Below the pieces are notes generated by a model, which saw only the letters and a list, made by a program, of their open reading frames with translations, had not been told where the DNA came from and searched no databases. A stretch of 64,000 bases of DNA. Source: an uncultured Clostridia bacterium. GTDB lineage: Bacteria > Bacillota > Clostridia > Christensenellales > UBA1242. Location: positions 22,238 to 86,237 of the forward strand of contig CANQOO010000002.1 in assembly GCA_947625515.1 (NCBI GenBank), in the 5' to 3' direction. Of the stretch, positions 46,552 to 57,079 are shown piece after piece; position 1 is the first letter of the stretch; every line of letters begins with the position of its first letter. A program made the translations under genes and the position numbers.

Positions 46552-47103
46552 ATGTCCAAAACAAATGAACTGCAAATGGAGATTTTGAAAAATTATTTTT
46601 CGTTTGAGGGGAACGTGGCGACACTCAAATTGGTCTATGACACTTTTGCCGAACTTATAAATCCAAATTTTGGCGACGACAAAATTGAAAAACTTAACAG
46701 TAAACTTTTTGAGGATATTCACGAGGCGGTCTCCATTCTTCCAAGCCGCTTCAAGTTGAATTTGCACATTGTCATCAAGGATTTTGGGGAATATAAGAAA
46801 GAGGAGTGCGAAAAAATCATCAAGCAAAACGTCTATCTTTTTGCCTATCAAGTTGTCCGAGACAACAACAAAAAGCGGGCAAGCGGCTGGACACTGATTG
46901 GCGTTGGAGCGGCAGTTTTGCTTGTCAGCTATCTTTTGCGGAACTATGAATTGTGGTTTGATTTGATAAACATCAGCGGCACACTTTTTGTGTGGGAAGG
47001 CGTGAACACCGCGTTCATTGAGCGAAGCCAAGAAAACAAAACTGCACGGGCAATGGCAAGGTCTTTCCAGCACATCACGGTGGAAGCTCTTGCAGAAAAA
47101 TAA
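46552..47103 (+). CDS. membrane protein, unknown (183 aa)
   Basis: Start at MSKTNEL (AAAGGAG RBS). Two TM helices near the C-terminus. Confidence 0.6.
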   Translation: MSKTNELQMEILKNYFSFEGNVATLKLVYDTFAELINPNFGDDKIEKLNSKLFEDIHEAVSILPSRFKLNLHIVIKDFGEYKKEECEKIIKQNVYLFAYQVVRDNNKKRASGWTLIGVGAAVLLVSYLLRNYELWFDLINISGTLFVWEGVNTAFIERSQENKTARAMARSFQHITVEALAEK

Positions 47104-47500
47104 AAAATAAAGGCACAAAAAGTAGCAGAAAAACAACTAAAATAAGAATTTGCAAAAATTCCAAAGCAGTAAAAAAATAAATTTAAAAATAATAAGAATG
47201 AAAATTAAGTTTCTAAAAAAAAATCCACGAAAGTTAAATACAAAAATCTCACAAAAACACACTAAAAATCCCACAAAAACGTGCTAAAATTTCACAAAAA
47301 AATATAAAAAACAAAAAAAGAAGCCTATTTTGGCCTCTTTTTATTTTAATTTTTGAAATGTTTTGTTCTTTACATTTATATTTTTTATTTCCTAGAAATT
47401 TTTCGCATTCTTCTCGTTTTTATATTTATCTCAAAATATTTTATACTCGAAACTTTGCTTACTTGTTTACTAGAAATTTTGCTTTTTTATTTTTGAAAAA

Positions 47501-48748
47501 TTATTGAGCGTTATAAAGGTTGCTAAGATCGATTTTGTAGGTTGTTGTTTTGTTGCCTTCGGATTTGACGGTCACAACATATTTTTTGTTCTTCTTTGCT
47601 TCGTTAAGCTGAATCACAATGCCGTCATCTTCTGCATCAAGGACTTTTTGAGCTTCGCCTTCATAACCAATCTTGATTTCTTCTGCGTCTTGTGGGCGTT
47701 GAACTTTCAGAACGATGTATTTTGGAGGATTCTCCGCATTCCACCCCTCAGTATTTCCCCAGAAGGCTTGATATTGGTCTTGGCTCATTTCATTTGCAGT
47801 GGCATATCTATTGAATTTATATACGCGGTTTCCAACAAGTTCAAGATTGCCATAATTTTGATTCTCAAATTGCGTTTCTGTGCCGACAAGTGTGTAAGAG
47901 CCATCATAGTCAGACACAACACCGTCCTCGGTCATGTCAGCATATTGTGCAGCATCGGCTGGAAGGGTCACGCTGCCGCCAGCGGTGATAGTTGTCTTGA
48001 CGGTCACTGCAGAGTTTGGGTTCTCTCCTGGCAATTCATTTGCAAGAACAAACTTTGTGAATTTATTGTTGTTGAATGTGACCGCAAGGTTTGTTTTAGT
48101 TTTTGCAGTTTGATTGGCGTAATTCAATTCGAAAGTCACGTCTCCGCCATCTTCAGTCTTGAAAAATTCATAGCCCGTTTTCAGCTCATAATCTGTGCCT
48201 TTTTGCTCAAAAGCCTGTTCAAGAGGTGTACTTAAAGTTCCTTCCATGTCTTCAGCATAAAGAAGCACCATCTGAATGATGCCGCCAGCTCCGTCACCGC
48301 CAATATCTTGCACAAACTTTTCCTGTGTGGTTGTGACATAAGACTTTGTCTCAGCGGTGTAAGCCTTGCCATCTTTGTAATACATTGTCTGAGCAACTTC
48401 CATTGTTTCTTTTGTTGTTGGTGTTGTCTCAGTCATTTTCATTTGGGCAGCCAAAGACATTTGGGTGATTTCTTTTGTTTTTGGTGTGCCAGTGCCCACT
48501 TCTTCTTTCACAACCGCACCAGAAGCATTGACATATGTCTCAGCCTTCGTGTCGTCCTCTTCATCAAGCTCGGACATCTCAATTTCATATGTGTAGTTAT
48601 CCAATTCAAACACAATTTCGTTTTCCTCAACAAAATCCAAATAGTCCTTCATTGTTGCCTCTGTGGTTGTTGGTCCGCAAGCACAAAGTGTCAGCCCACA
48701 AACCAACACCATCGCTACGCACGCCATGACGCTCAATAATTTTTTCAT
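47501..48748 (-). CDS. lipoprotein, unknown (415 aa)
   Basis: Start set at MKKLLSVMACVAMVLVCGLTLCACG (AAGGAG RBS). ORF also open to ATG 48793. Confidence 0.7.
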   Translation of the reverse strand: MKKLLSVMACVAMVLVCGLTLCACGPTTTEATMKDYLDFVEENEIVFELDNYTYEIEMSELDEEDDTKAETYVNASGAVVKEEVGTGTPKTKEITQMSLAAQMKMTETTPTTKETMEVAQTMYYKDGKAYTAETKSYVTTTQEKFVQDIGGDGAGGIIQMVLLYAEDMEGTLSTPLEQAFEQKGTDYELKTGYEFFKTEDGGDVTFELNYANQTAKTKTNLAVTFNNNKFTKFVLANELPGENPNSAVTVKTTITAGGSVTLPADAAQYADMTEDGVVSDYDGSYTLVGTETQFENQNYGNLELVGNRVYKFNRYATANEMSQDQYQAFWGNTEGWNAENPPKYIVLKVQRPQDAEEIKIGYEGEAQKVLDAEDDGIVIQLNEAKKNKKYVVTVKSEGNKTTTYKIDLSNLYNAQ

Positions 48749-48799
48749 TTTTCTTCTCCTTTTTTGAGTTTCATACTTATAGTATGGCTCCATGTTTGG

Positions 48800-48830
48800 A
48801 TTCTATCACTTCGGGGGGGGGATTTGTCAA
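48800..48830 (-). promoter_or_regulatory. promoter cassette TTGACA-aat-C9-gaag-TGaTAGAAT (19-nt spacer)
   Basis: Minus-strand -35 at 48825-48830, C9 tract 48813-48821, extended -10 at 48800-48808. Confidence 0.6.
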
Positions 48831-49257
48831 CTTTTTTTCATATTTTTTCAAAGAAAATTTAAAAATTTTTAGGTTTTTATATTTTTCAAAAATTCCTAAG
48901 TTTTTTAAGTTTAATATTTCTTCAAGAAAATCTTTTTAAATTGTTTTCTCAGTTGCAAAAGCCCGCGTTCCGCATAAGATAAAGCCTTAACGCCTTGAGA
49001 GGGATCCTTCAAGTTTAGATTTAAACAATCTTTCTATATATACCTATTAAAATAACTTTCTTTGAGGGCTTTTGAGCATTTGAACCAACGTTTTAACTTT
49101 AAAAACTGCATTTTATGCCCTTGAATTTCTCGCCGCATCTAAACATCTTAAATACCCACAATTGAGCGTTTGAGTTGAAAAACTGCATTTTGCAACATCT
49201 GCCGCAAATAAAAAAAACACACTGGACATTTTCTGCCGTGTGCGTTTAAAGATGATT

Positions 49258-49331
49258 TGGAGCGGACGATGGGAGTCGGACCCACCTCTCAAGCTTGGGA
49301 AGCTCGCATACTACCGATGTACTACGCCCGC
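49258..49331 (-). tRNA. tRNA-Gly (anticodon CCC), CCA encoded
   Basis: Minus strand GCGGGCG...anticodon loop TTCCCAA...CGTCCGC-T-CCA. T-loop reads TCCGACT (atypical C at position 55). Confidence 0.8.
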
Positions 49332-49614
49332 ATGTCGCAGCCTGTGTCTTTTAGGCACGCAGTGCGAATATTTAGATATTGTGCTTTAAGCTGTTTTTAC
49401 AATTCTTTCTAATTATCCTACAAAATTTTCCAAGGAAAGAGCTGTGCTCGCTCCCCGTCATGATTGCCCGTTGGGAGAGAAATGTTCCACATTTAGCAAA
49501 ATTTTGAGGTGATTCTCTCGCAGCAAAATGTCCAGCGTTTTCCAATTTCCTTCGAAGCACGGCCCGAGCAAAACGATTGCCCTAAATCGCCAACGAAGTG
49601 CGATTTACATTCGG

Positions 49615-49691
49615 GGCAAAAAGCGAAAAGCAAACGCTAAGCGAAGCTTTTGGTGCTTGCACCAAAACGAGCCCGAAGTGCAGCTTTTCGC
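49615..49691 (-). terminator. long compound hairpin terminator
   Basis: Outer arms GCGAAAAGC (49623-49631) / GCTTTTCGC (49683-49691), inner TTTTGGTG/CACCAAAA. T-run on the minus strand directly after the stop of 49692 gene. Confidence 0.45.
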
Positions 49692-50087
49692 TTATTCTTG
49701 CATATTCGGCGGTGTGACAATCGGCCCAAGGATTGTGTTCATGGAAAGTGTGGTGATAAGGCTGGAAACATATCCAAGCAAAATTCTGACGGGTGCGGAA
49801 TTTTTGATATAGTCCTTCGGCTCTGGCAATTTTGAAAATTCGATGCCGTCAACAGGGATGTCGATGCTCATTGTGACGGAAAGTTTCATAAGGTCGGCAG
49901 GGCTGATAAGCAAATTTCTTGTCAGCGTCACCTTGACAACTTCTTCGGTCATCTTGCGGATGTCAATCGAGTCCTCCGGCTTGATGTTAATCATGGCATT
50001 CCCCTGCGGCAATGTCAATTTTTCATACACCACTTTTTCCAGCATAGGCTTGACGAGGTGAGGTTTGATTACATTTTCTGTGCTCAT
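49692..50087 (-). CDS. SecB-fold-like small protein (tentative; DUF1149/SecB-like)
   Basis: Start at MSTENV (AGGAG RBS); 131 aa. VRILLGYVSSLITTLSMNTILGPIVTPPN parallels E. coli SecB [30 protein letters not shown]. Confidence 0.4.
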   Translation of the reverse strand: MSTENVIKPHLVKPMLEKVVYEKLTLPQGNAMINIKPEDSIDIRKMTEEVVKVTLTRNLLISPADLMKLSVTMSIDIPVDGIEFSKLPEPKDYIKNSAPVRILLGYVSSLITTLSMNTILGPIVTPPNMQE

Positions 50088-50271
50088 ATTTTCTCCTAAA
50101 AAGCAATTTTGTGAGATAATTTTAGCACATTTTGAAAGAAAATACAATTAAAACTGCACAATTTTTTGAAAAAAGTCACCGATTTGCAATAATTCTCAAA
50201 AAAATTCGGCCGCCGCCATGCATGCATAAACGGCAGAACTTTGCAAACACTAATCCCGAAAGGAGCAGTGT

Positions 50272-50700
50272 ATGTCTGACACAATAAAACTTTTGAAAGA
50301 GTGCGATGCCGGCATCAAAATGGGCATCTCCGCGATTGACGACGTCATTGGGCAGGTGGAGAATGAAGAATTTAAAAAGAAACTGACCAACTACAAAAAG
50401 GATTACAACTTCTTGCAAAATGAAATTAAACAAATGTTAAAGCGTTTTGAAAAGGAAGGCAAAAATCCTAATGTAATGGCAAAAATGATGGCAAAAATGA
50501 AAACCTGGCTGAAACTGACCTTCCGCAAAAGCGACGCCACCATTGCCGACCTCATGACAGACGGCTGCAATATGGGAGTAAAATCGCTGAACAAATATCT
50601 CAACAAATATGAAGCTGCCAGCGACGAAGCAAAAGAACTGGCGAAAAAACTCATCCGCCTGATGGACAATCAAGAATTTGATATAAGAAAATATTTGTGA
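50272..50700 (+). CDS. hypothetical helical protein (142 aa)
   Basis: AAGGAG RBS; predicted all-helical, K/E-rich. Confidence 0.6.
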   Translation: MSDTIKLLKECDAGIKMGISAIDDVIGQVENEEFKKKLTNYKKDYNFLQNEIKQMLKRFEKEGKNPNVMAKMMAKMKTWLKLTFRKSDATIADLMTDGCNMGVKSLNKYLNKYEAASDEAKELAKKLIRLMDNQEFDIRKYL

Positions 50701-50957
50701 GCAACAAATTGGTGAGCAACCGCATCGCATAATATTTATCTCATAAAATTTGGTTTCTTTTATAAAATTTGAATTATTTATAGTTGAAATCTTAATGTTA
50801 AGAAAATATTTGTGAGCAAGTGCATCGCATGAAAAAAATCCCACAATTTTGTGAGATTTTTTTAACATACCTGTCATTTGTATGAGCCTGTTCTTTTCGT
50901 TTCAATCCTTCGCTTTTTTAACTTGAAAGTTTTAAGCGGTTGTCCATTTTTCACCAG

Positions 50958-53693
50958 TTATGCGTTCGCACCGTGGCAATTTTTATATTTTTTTCCGCTT
51001 CCGCAAGGGCAAGGGTCGTTTCTGCCAACTTTCTTTTCTGTGTTGACCACAGTGGTTTGTTTTTTCACCTCTTGTGGTCTGTTTTGCAAAGATTCACCCT
51101 TCTTGGATTTTGGCACGTTTTCAATTTTGGCGTCGGTGTATTGTGTCTGCACCTGCATTGGTCTAGGCTCCGGTCTTCGCACTTCAATGGTGGTGTTGAG
51201 CAGCATGATGCAAGTCACCTCTCTGATTTTTTCAATCATGGTGTCAAACATTTCGTAGGCGTCTTTTTTGTATGCCAAAATTGGGTCCTGATTGCCGAAT
51301 CCGCGTGCAAAAATTTCGTTTTTCATGATTTGCATGTCGTCGATGTGATTCATCCAACTGTCGTCAACCACTCTCAAAAGCACCAATCTTTCAAGTTTTT
51401 CAAAATCAATGCCAAACTTGCCGGCTTCCGCAATACGCTCGTTGTATCTTTTGCGAACCAGTCCCATGACAGCTTCTTCAAAATCATCTCGGTCCATCCC
51501 CTCGCAGAACTCTTCATTGATAAGGTTTGAGCCGCGTTCCAAAAGCCCGCGTTCCAATTCTTGATTGATTTTTGCAAAATCCCACTCAAAATATGGCTTT
51601 TCGCCGTCCACGCATCGGTCGCAGAACTTTGTGATGACCCCCGGGAACATGGACATGACATATTCATGTATGCCCTCACCGTCCAGCACCCTGTCGCGTT
51701 CTTTATAAATCACTTCACGCTGAGCGTTCATGACGTCGTCAAATTGCAACACAGTCTTTCGCATGCCAAAGTTTTGAATTTCAATCTTCTTCTGAGCACC
51801 CTCAATTTGTTTGGAGAGCGTTTTAAGTTGAATTGGAGTGTCCTCTTCAATCTTGAAGAAAAGTGCCACTTTTTTCAGTCGGTCACCGCCAAAACGGCGA
51901 ATCAGGTCGTCCTCCAAAGAGAGGAAGAACACGCTGGAACCTGGGTCGCCCTGACGGGAAGCACGTCCGCGAAGCTGATTGTCAATTCGGCGAGATTCGT
52001 GTCTTTCAGTGCCGACAATGTGCAAGCCGCCCAACGCCTTGACCTCTTCTTTTTCGGCGTCGGTGGTTTTCTTGAACTTTTCATACAGCTCTTGATATCT
52101 TTCTCTTGCCTTTTGCAACTCTTTGTCATCCGAAACATTGAATGCGGTGGCATATGAAATTTGCTCTTCCGAGAACTGCTCATCCTTCATTTGTTTTTTC
52201 GCCATAAATTCTGGGTTGCCGCCCAGCAAAATATCCGTTCCGCGTCCTGCCATGTTGGTGGCAATGGTGACAGCACCTTTTCGACCAGCCTGAGCGACAA
52301 TTTGGCTTTCTTGCTCGTGATTTTTGGCATTTAGCACCACATGTTTGATGCCGCTTTCTTTCAGGGCTTTCGAAAGGATTTCACTCTTTTCAATGGTGAT
52401 TGTGCCAATCAAAATTGGCTGACCGGTTGCATGCCTACGCTTGATTTCCTCCACAATAGCCTTGATTTTCCCATTTTCGGTGGTGAATACAATGTCCGGC
52501 TCGTCCTTGCGGATGTTTGGACGATTTGTTGGAATGGTGACAACGTCCAATTTGTAGATTGCACGAAATTCCCCTTCTTCGGTTTTGGCAGTTCCGGTCA
52601 TGCCGGACAATTTGTTATAGATGCGGAAAAAATTTTGGAAGGTGATGGTGGCAAGGGTTTTGTTTTCGTCCTTAATCTCCACGCCCTCTTTTGCCTCGAT
52701 GGCCTGATGCAAGCCGTCGTTATATCTTCTTCCCGGCATCAAACGCCCGGTGAACTCATCCACAATCACAACTTCGCCGTCTTTGACGATATAGTTTTCG
52801 TTGACAAACATAACAAAGTTGGCTTTCAGGGCGTTGTTTATATAATGGTTAAGTTCCAAATTGTCAATGTCGGACAGATTGTCTGTGCCATAAAATTTTT
52901 CTGCCTTTGCCACGCCGCTTTCGGTCAGATTGAGGGCTTTGGTCTTTTCATCCATTTCCCAATCTTCTTTTTTAAGCGACTTGGCAAATTTTTGTGCTTT
53001 AAGATAGTTATCGCTAGACTTCATCCCTCTGCCGGAAATGATAAGTGGAGTTCTTGCCTCGTCAATCAAAATGCTGTCCACTTCATCGACAATGGCAAAA
53101 TTGTGTCCGCGTTGCACTTTTTGCTCTTTGACAACCGCCATGTTGTCACGAAGATAGTCGAAGCCAAGTTCGTTGTTTGTGCAGTAGGTTATGTCGCAAG
53201 CATATGCCGCCTTCTTGGCACGCTCATCCATGCCGGAGACAATCACGCCCACAGTCAGCCCCAAAAATCGATATACTTTTCCCATCCATTCGGCGTCACG
53301 CTTTGCCAAATATTCATTCACGGTCACCACATGCACGCCCAGGCCAGAAATGGCGTTGAGATATGCCGGCAGCGTGGCAACAAGCGTCTTTCCTTCACCG
53401 GTTGCCATCTCTGCAATTCGCCCCTGATGCAGTGCAATGCCGCCCAGAATTTGCACATAAAAATGCCGCATATTTAACACACGAGCCGCAGCCTCTCTCA
53501 CAACAGCATACGCCTCTGGCAGGATGTCGTTCAAAGATTCTCCGGCAGCATATCTTTTCTTAAACTGCTCGGTGCAGTCTTTCAGCTCGTCATCTGACAG
53601 CGAGCGATATTTCTCTTCCAACGCGATGACGCGGTCGGCAATTTTGCTCAGTTTTTTCACCTGAGATTTGTTTTCATTTCCAAAAAGTCCCAT
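50958..53693 (-). CDS. secA: preprotein translocase ATPase SecA
   Basis: 911 aa. GEGKTLVATLPAYLNA, VDEVDSILIDEARTPLIISG, C-terminal zinc finger CPCGSGKKYKNCHG. Confidence 0.97.
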   Translation of the reverse strand: MGLFGNENKSQVKKLSKIADRVIALEEKYRSLSDDELKDCTEQFKKRYAAGESLNDILPEAYAVVREAAARVLNMRHFYVQILGGIALHQGRIAEMATGEGKTLVATLPAYLNAISGLGVHVVTVNEYLAKRDAEWMGKVYRFLGLTVGVIVSGMDERAKKAAYACDITYCTNNELGFDYLRDNMAVVKEQKVQRGHNFAIVDEVDSILIDEARTPLIISGRGMKSSDNYLKAQKFAKSLKKEDWEMDEKTKALNLTESGVAKAEKFYGTDNLSDIDNLELNHYINNALKANFVMFVNENYIVKDGEVVIVDEFTGRLMPGRRYNDGLHQAIEAKEGVEIKDENKTLATITFQNFFRIYNKLSGMTGTAKTEEGEFRAIYKLDVVTIPTNRPNIRKDEPDIVFTTENGKIKAIVEEIKRRHATGQPILIGTITIEKSEILSKALKESGIKHVVLNAKNHEQESQIVAQAGRKGAVTIATNMAGRGTDILLGGNPEFMAKKQMKDEQFSEEQISYATAFNVSDDKELQKARERYQELYEKFKKTTDAEKEEVKALGGLHIVGTERHESRRIDNQLRGRASRQGDPGSSVFFLSLEDDLIRRFGGDRLKKVALFFKIEEDTPIQLKTLSKQIEGAQKKIEIQNFGMRKTVLQFDDVMNAQREVIYKERDRVLDGEGIHEYVMSMFPGVITKFCDRCVDGEKPYFEWDFAKINQELERGLLERGSNLINEEFCEGMDRDDFEEAVMGLVRKRYNERIAEAGKFGIDFEKLERLVLLRVVDDSWMNHIDDMQIMKNEIFARGFGNQDPILAYKKDAYEMFDTMIEKIREVTCIMLLNTTIEVRRPEPRPMQVQTQYTDAKIENVPKSKKGESLQNRPQEVKKQTTVVNTEKKVGRNDPCPCGSGKKYKNCHGANA

Positions 53694-53971
53694 TTTTTCT
53701 CCTTTAAATTTGCTTGTCCATGCACGCCCAAATTAAGCACGCACTTTTAAATCAAACAAATCAGTTTTTTCAAACTTTTCACACATAATATCAAAAAAGA
53801 AGAAAAAAAACAAGTTTTTAATCAAAAAAATATCAAAAAAGATATAAAAAGCATTAGTCCGCAAAAAATAATTTCAAAAACCAACAAAAAAATTTATTTC
53901 CAGACATTATTTGACAGCCCCACAAGGAATGTGATATAATTATTTCATAGAAATCGAAAATAGGAGGGTTT

Positions 53972-56701
53972 ATGGCTCTTTTTGGAAAACAGAAAAAAGA
54001 CAAAAAAAACAAGCTGGAAAACGTTTCTTTGTCTGAAGAAGAAACAACGGCTCCTGTTAAAGAGTCTCCTGCCGACACAAATTATGTCAGGGATTTATAT
54101 GAAGACCTCAAAAACAATGCAGACAACACTCTTGCCAAAGATGCACGTGCTTATGCAGTTGTTTTTAATGACGAGTTTGAAAAATTTAAACAAGGTCAAA
54201 CTTTCGTTGATGAAAATGCTGCGATTGCCTCTTTCCTTGGACAAGAAAGTGGAAATGTCGTGATCAACAGCGACGGCAAACTTGTTTCACGCCATAATCA
54301 AGAATTTGGCCCAAAAATGCATTTCGCAGACCTCTATTCAGATCTGCAAAACAGTCCCGAAAGCACTTTTTCAAAAAATGTTCGGGCATATGCCGAGGTT
54401 TTGAAAACTGATTTTGAAAAATTTAAACAGGGCAAATCTTTCCCAAGTGAAGATATCGCAGTTGTTTCTTTCTATGCACATGATTTAGGTCTCGTTAGAG
54501 ATGAAAACGGTTTGCTTGTAGACAAGCCAAACAAGGAATATTTTGCTCCAAGATTGCAAGCGGCTACATTTTATGTCACCATGAATGAGAATCCGGCCGA
54601 CAAGGCTGTTCAAAATGCAAAGCTGTATGCAGAGCTTTTCAAAGATGACTTTGAAAAATTTAAAAAAGAAAGAATTTTCTCAAATGACAATGCTGCAATT
54701 GCTGCTTTCTTCATGCATGAAAGCAAATTTGAAAAAGCAACTTTTCCTGAAAAATTTAAGCAAGTCCTGCAATATCGTCAAATGCATGAACCTAAACAGC
54801 CAACTCCAACAACCAACGAACAAAAGCAGTCCATTGCCAATGTACGCGAAAACTTGATTGGAAGCGATGACCTGACCGAGCAACTTCGTGCAGAAGCACT
54901 CGCTCCAAATTCAAAATCTCAATTTGTAGCAAATCAATCGAATGTTGCTGATGATGTAAATGTAGTTAACTCCGCTGACAACAGCACCTCATCCACAGAT
55001 TCTGGCAATGCGGGCAATTCGTCCGCGGAAAATGATGTTGTGGGCGGAAGTGATGCTGCCGGCGGAAATGATGCACCACAAAGCTCAACGGATGAAGCAG
55101 ACACTTCTTCGGAGGAAGGTGGCGACCCAGCCTCGGACGGCGACAATCCACCGGACAGCACTGGCGAAAGTGGCGACGACAACGCAAGCAACTCGCCCGA
55201 AGGAAGCGACGATATTCCGCAAGGAGAGCCGTCTGCAGTTGAGGTTTATGAGCGTAACCGCAGAGAATCGGGTGACAATGGCAACAATGGCGAATCCGGC
55301 AACAATGAGAGAGGGAATGATGGTGGCAACAACGGCGAGAATGGAAACAACGACAGCGGAAACAATGATGGTGGAAATGGCGGAAACGACGACAACCACG
55401 ACACCAATGATGTCATTAACGATGCAGCAGATGATGACACGCCGATAGCAAATGATGAAAATGAGGATAGTTCTGCTGGCGACGAACACACTGGCGACGA
55501 ACACGCTGATGACGTGCATACTGACCGCAAACACCTTGGCAACGAACAAGGTTTAAATCTAGAAACCAATCCAGACATCAATCGCCTGCGAGGATACATT
55601 CCAGAAGGGATTGACAACGAAAGTTTGGAAAAACATAACAAGCTTCAAGCAGCGTCGAAAAAAATTGCCAAGAAAAAAGTTAAGCCAAATCTCAAAATCA
55701 AGGCCACTGACCCATTTCCAACAATGACATTTCTCGGCGTTGCTATGATTGCAACGATGGTCTGCACCCTGGCACCATTTTCTATGCTTATTGGCGTTGT
55801 TTCAATTGGGATTTTGGCTGTGGCCGCGGTGATGTATATTCATCCAATTATCCAAATCAAAAAGCTCATAAACATAAATAGAGCTTGGCGAAAAGAACGA
55901 AACTTGATTAAAAGCAAAATTAAAGAACTGCAAAGTTGGAAGGCCTTGACAGAATCTAAAAATAAGAAAATTCGGGAAGAATTTAAGTCTCTCGACAAGG
56001 CCCTTGACAAAGAAATTAAACGCCTGAGAAAGTCCTTAGAATCAGAAAAATTGCAACGTCGCGAAAGAGCAAGAGAAGACCTTAAAAGAGGCTTTCAGGA
56101 GCAACTCACCGCCTTGCAAAATAAGGGCAAAGACATCTCTGCCACCGAAACCCGCAAAGTTAAAATTTTGCAAGACGCCATCAAGGAAGCCGATAGCGAT
56201 ATTAACAAGCTGAAAAAAGAAATTGTCAAATCCATGAAGGCAGAGGCGAAAAAAGAGCAACAACTTGAAGAAAAGGCGAAAAAGGCAGAGGAAAAAGCCA
56301 GGAAAAAGGCTCAGGCGAGACAAAGAGCCATCTTGGAAAGACAAGCCGCAGATGTCGCAATTTCTCAGCGTGCCAGAGAAGCTGCCAATGAATATATGAA
56401 AACCGCAGACGCCAGCCAGGCGGAAATTGCCAACAGCAAAGAAATTCGCGACATCCAAGCCAAGGCCGCAAAGGCACACAAAAAAGCAGAACAAGAGCAA
56501 AAGAAAGCGGAAAAGGCCGCAGCAAAAGCCGCAAAAGAGGCCGCAAAAAAAGCAAAAGAATCCAGCGACTACAAAACGCTGCGTTCATACACTCTCTCTG
56601 ACACGGCTGACCCAGCCACCCAGACGCCCGAAACAGCCCGCGAAACATCCGATGACAGCAGGCCAGCAGTCACCGCAGACAGAGACGGCAGAAGCATTTA
56701 A
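53972..56701 (+). CDS. large repeat / low-complexity membrane protein (909 aa)
   Basis: AGGAGG RBS. 3 x ~80-aa repeats (LY.DL.N...RAYA.V...DFEKFKQG), D/N/G/S acidic tract, two TM helices (~55720-55850), K/E/A coiled-coil tail. Confidence 0.8.
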   Translation: MALFGKQKKDKKNKLENVSLSEEETTAPVKESPADTNYVRDLYEDLKNNADNTLAKDARAYAVVFNDEFEKFKQGQTFVDENAAIASFLGQESGNVVINSDGKLVSRHNQEFGPKMHFADLYSDLQNSPESTFSKNVRAYAEVLKTDFEKFKQGKSFPSEDIAVVSFYAHDLGLVRDENGLLVDKPNKEYFAPRLQAATFYVTMNENPADKAVQNAKLYAELFKDDFEKFKKERIFSNDNAAIAAFFMHESKFEKATFPEKFKQVLQYRQMHEPKQPTPTTNEQKQSIANVRENLIGSDDLTEQLRAEALAPNSKSQFVANQSNVADDVNVVNSADNSTSSTDSGNAGNSSAENDVVGGSDAAGGNDAPQSSTDEADTSSEEGGDPASDGDNPPDSTGESGDDNASNSPEGSDDIPQGEPSAVEVYERNRRESGDNGNNGESGNNERGNDGGNNGENGNNDSGNNDGGNGGNDDNHDTNDVINDAADDDTPIANDENEDSSAGDEHTGDEHADDVHTDRKHLGNEQGLNLETNPDINRLRGYIPEGIDNESLEKHNKLQAASKKIAKKKVKPNLKIKATDPFPTMTFLGVAMIATMVCTLAPFSMLIGVVSIGILAVAAVMYIHPIIQIKKLININRAWRKERNLIKSKIKELQSWKALTESKNKKIREEFKSLDKALDKEIKRLRKSLESEKLQRRERAREDLKRGFQEQLTALQNKGKDISATETRKVKILQDAIKEADSDINKLKKEIVKSMKAEAKKEQQLEEKAKKAEEKARKKAQARQRAILERQAADVAISQRAREAANEYMKTADASQAEIANSKEIRDIQAKAAKAHKKAEQEQKKAEKAAAKAAKEAAKKAKESSDYKTLRSYTLSDTADPATQTPETARETSDDSRPAVTADRDGRSI

Positions 56702-56707
56702 AGTCTT

Positions 56708-56783
56708 GCAGCCATAATTATGACATAACTAAGCGGCCATAAATATGACATAACTAAGCAGCCACAAATATTGACTTAACTAA
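56708..56783 (+). repeat. tandem 25-26 bp repeat x3
   Basis: GCAGCCATAATTATGACATAACTAA / GCGGCCATAAATATGACATAACTAA / GCAGCCACAAATATTGACTTAACTAA between stop codon and terminator. Confidence 0.85.
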
Positions 56784-56826
56784 TAGGATATAAAAATTGT
56801 CAAGAATGCTGCATAAACAAATTTGA

Positions 56827-56861
56827 AAAGAAGAGATTTCCCCTCTTCTTTTTCTTTTTTT
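56827..56861 (+). terminator. rho-independent terminator
   Basis: AAAGAAGAG-ATTTCCC-CTCTTCTTT followed by a T run. Confidence 0.7.
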
Positions 56862-57079
56862 CACATGCATCACAAAATATCTTTTTCCGCTTGATTTTTT
56901 ACGCAAAATGGTGTAAAATTGGGAAGAAAATTGTTGACGGCATCCCACGGGGCAAAGCACTCCTTTAAGACCTTTCTTGTCTGACTTTGTATCATTGACA
57001 CATTTTTTAGGCAGCATGTTTTGCAACAAATTTGCAATGCAATTTGGGATGTTCAGTTCAAAAAAAACGGAGAGAAAAA

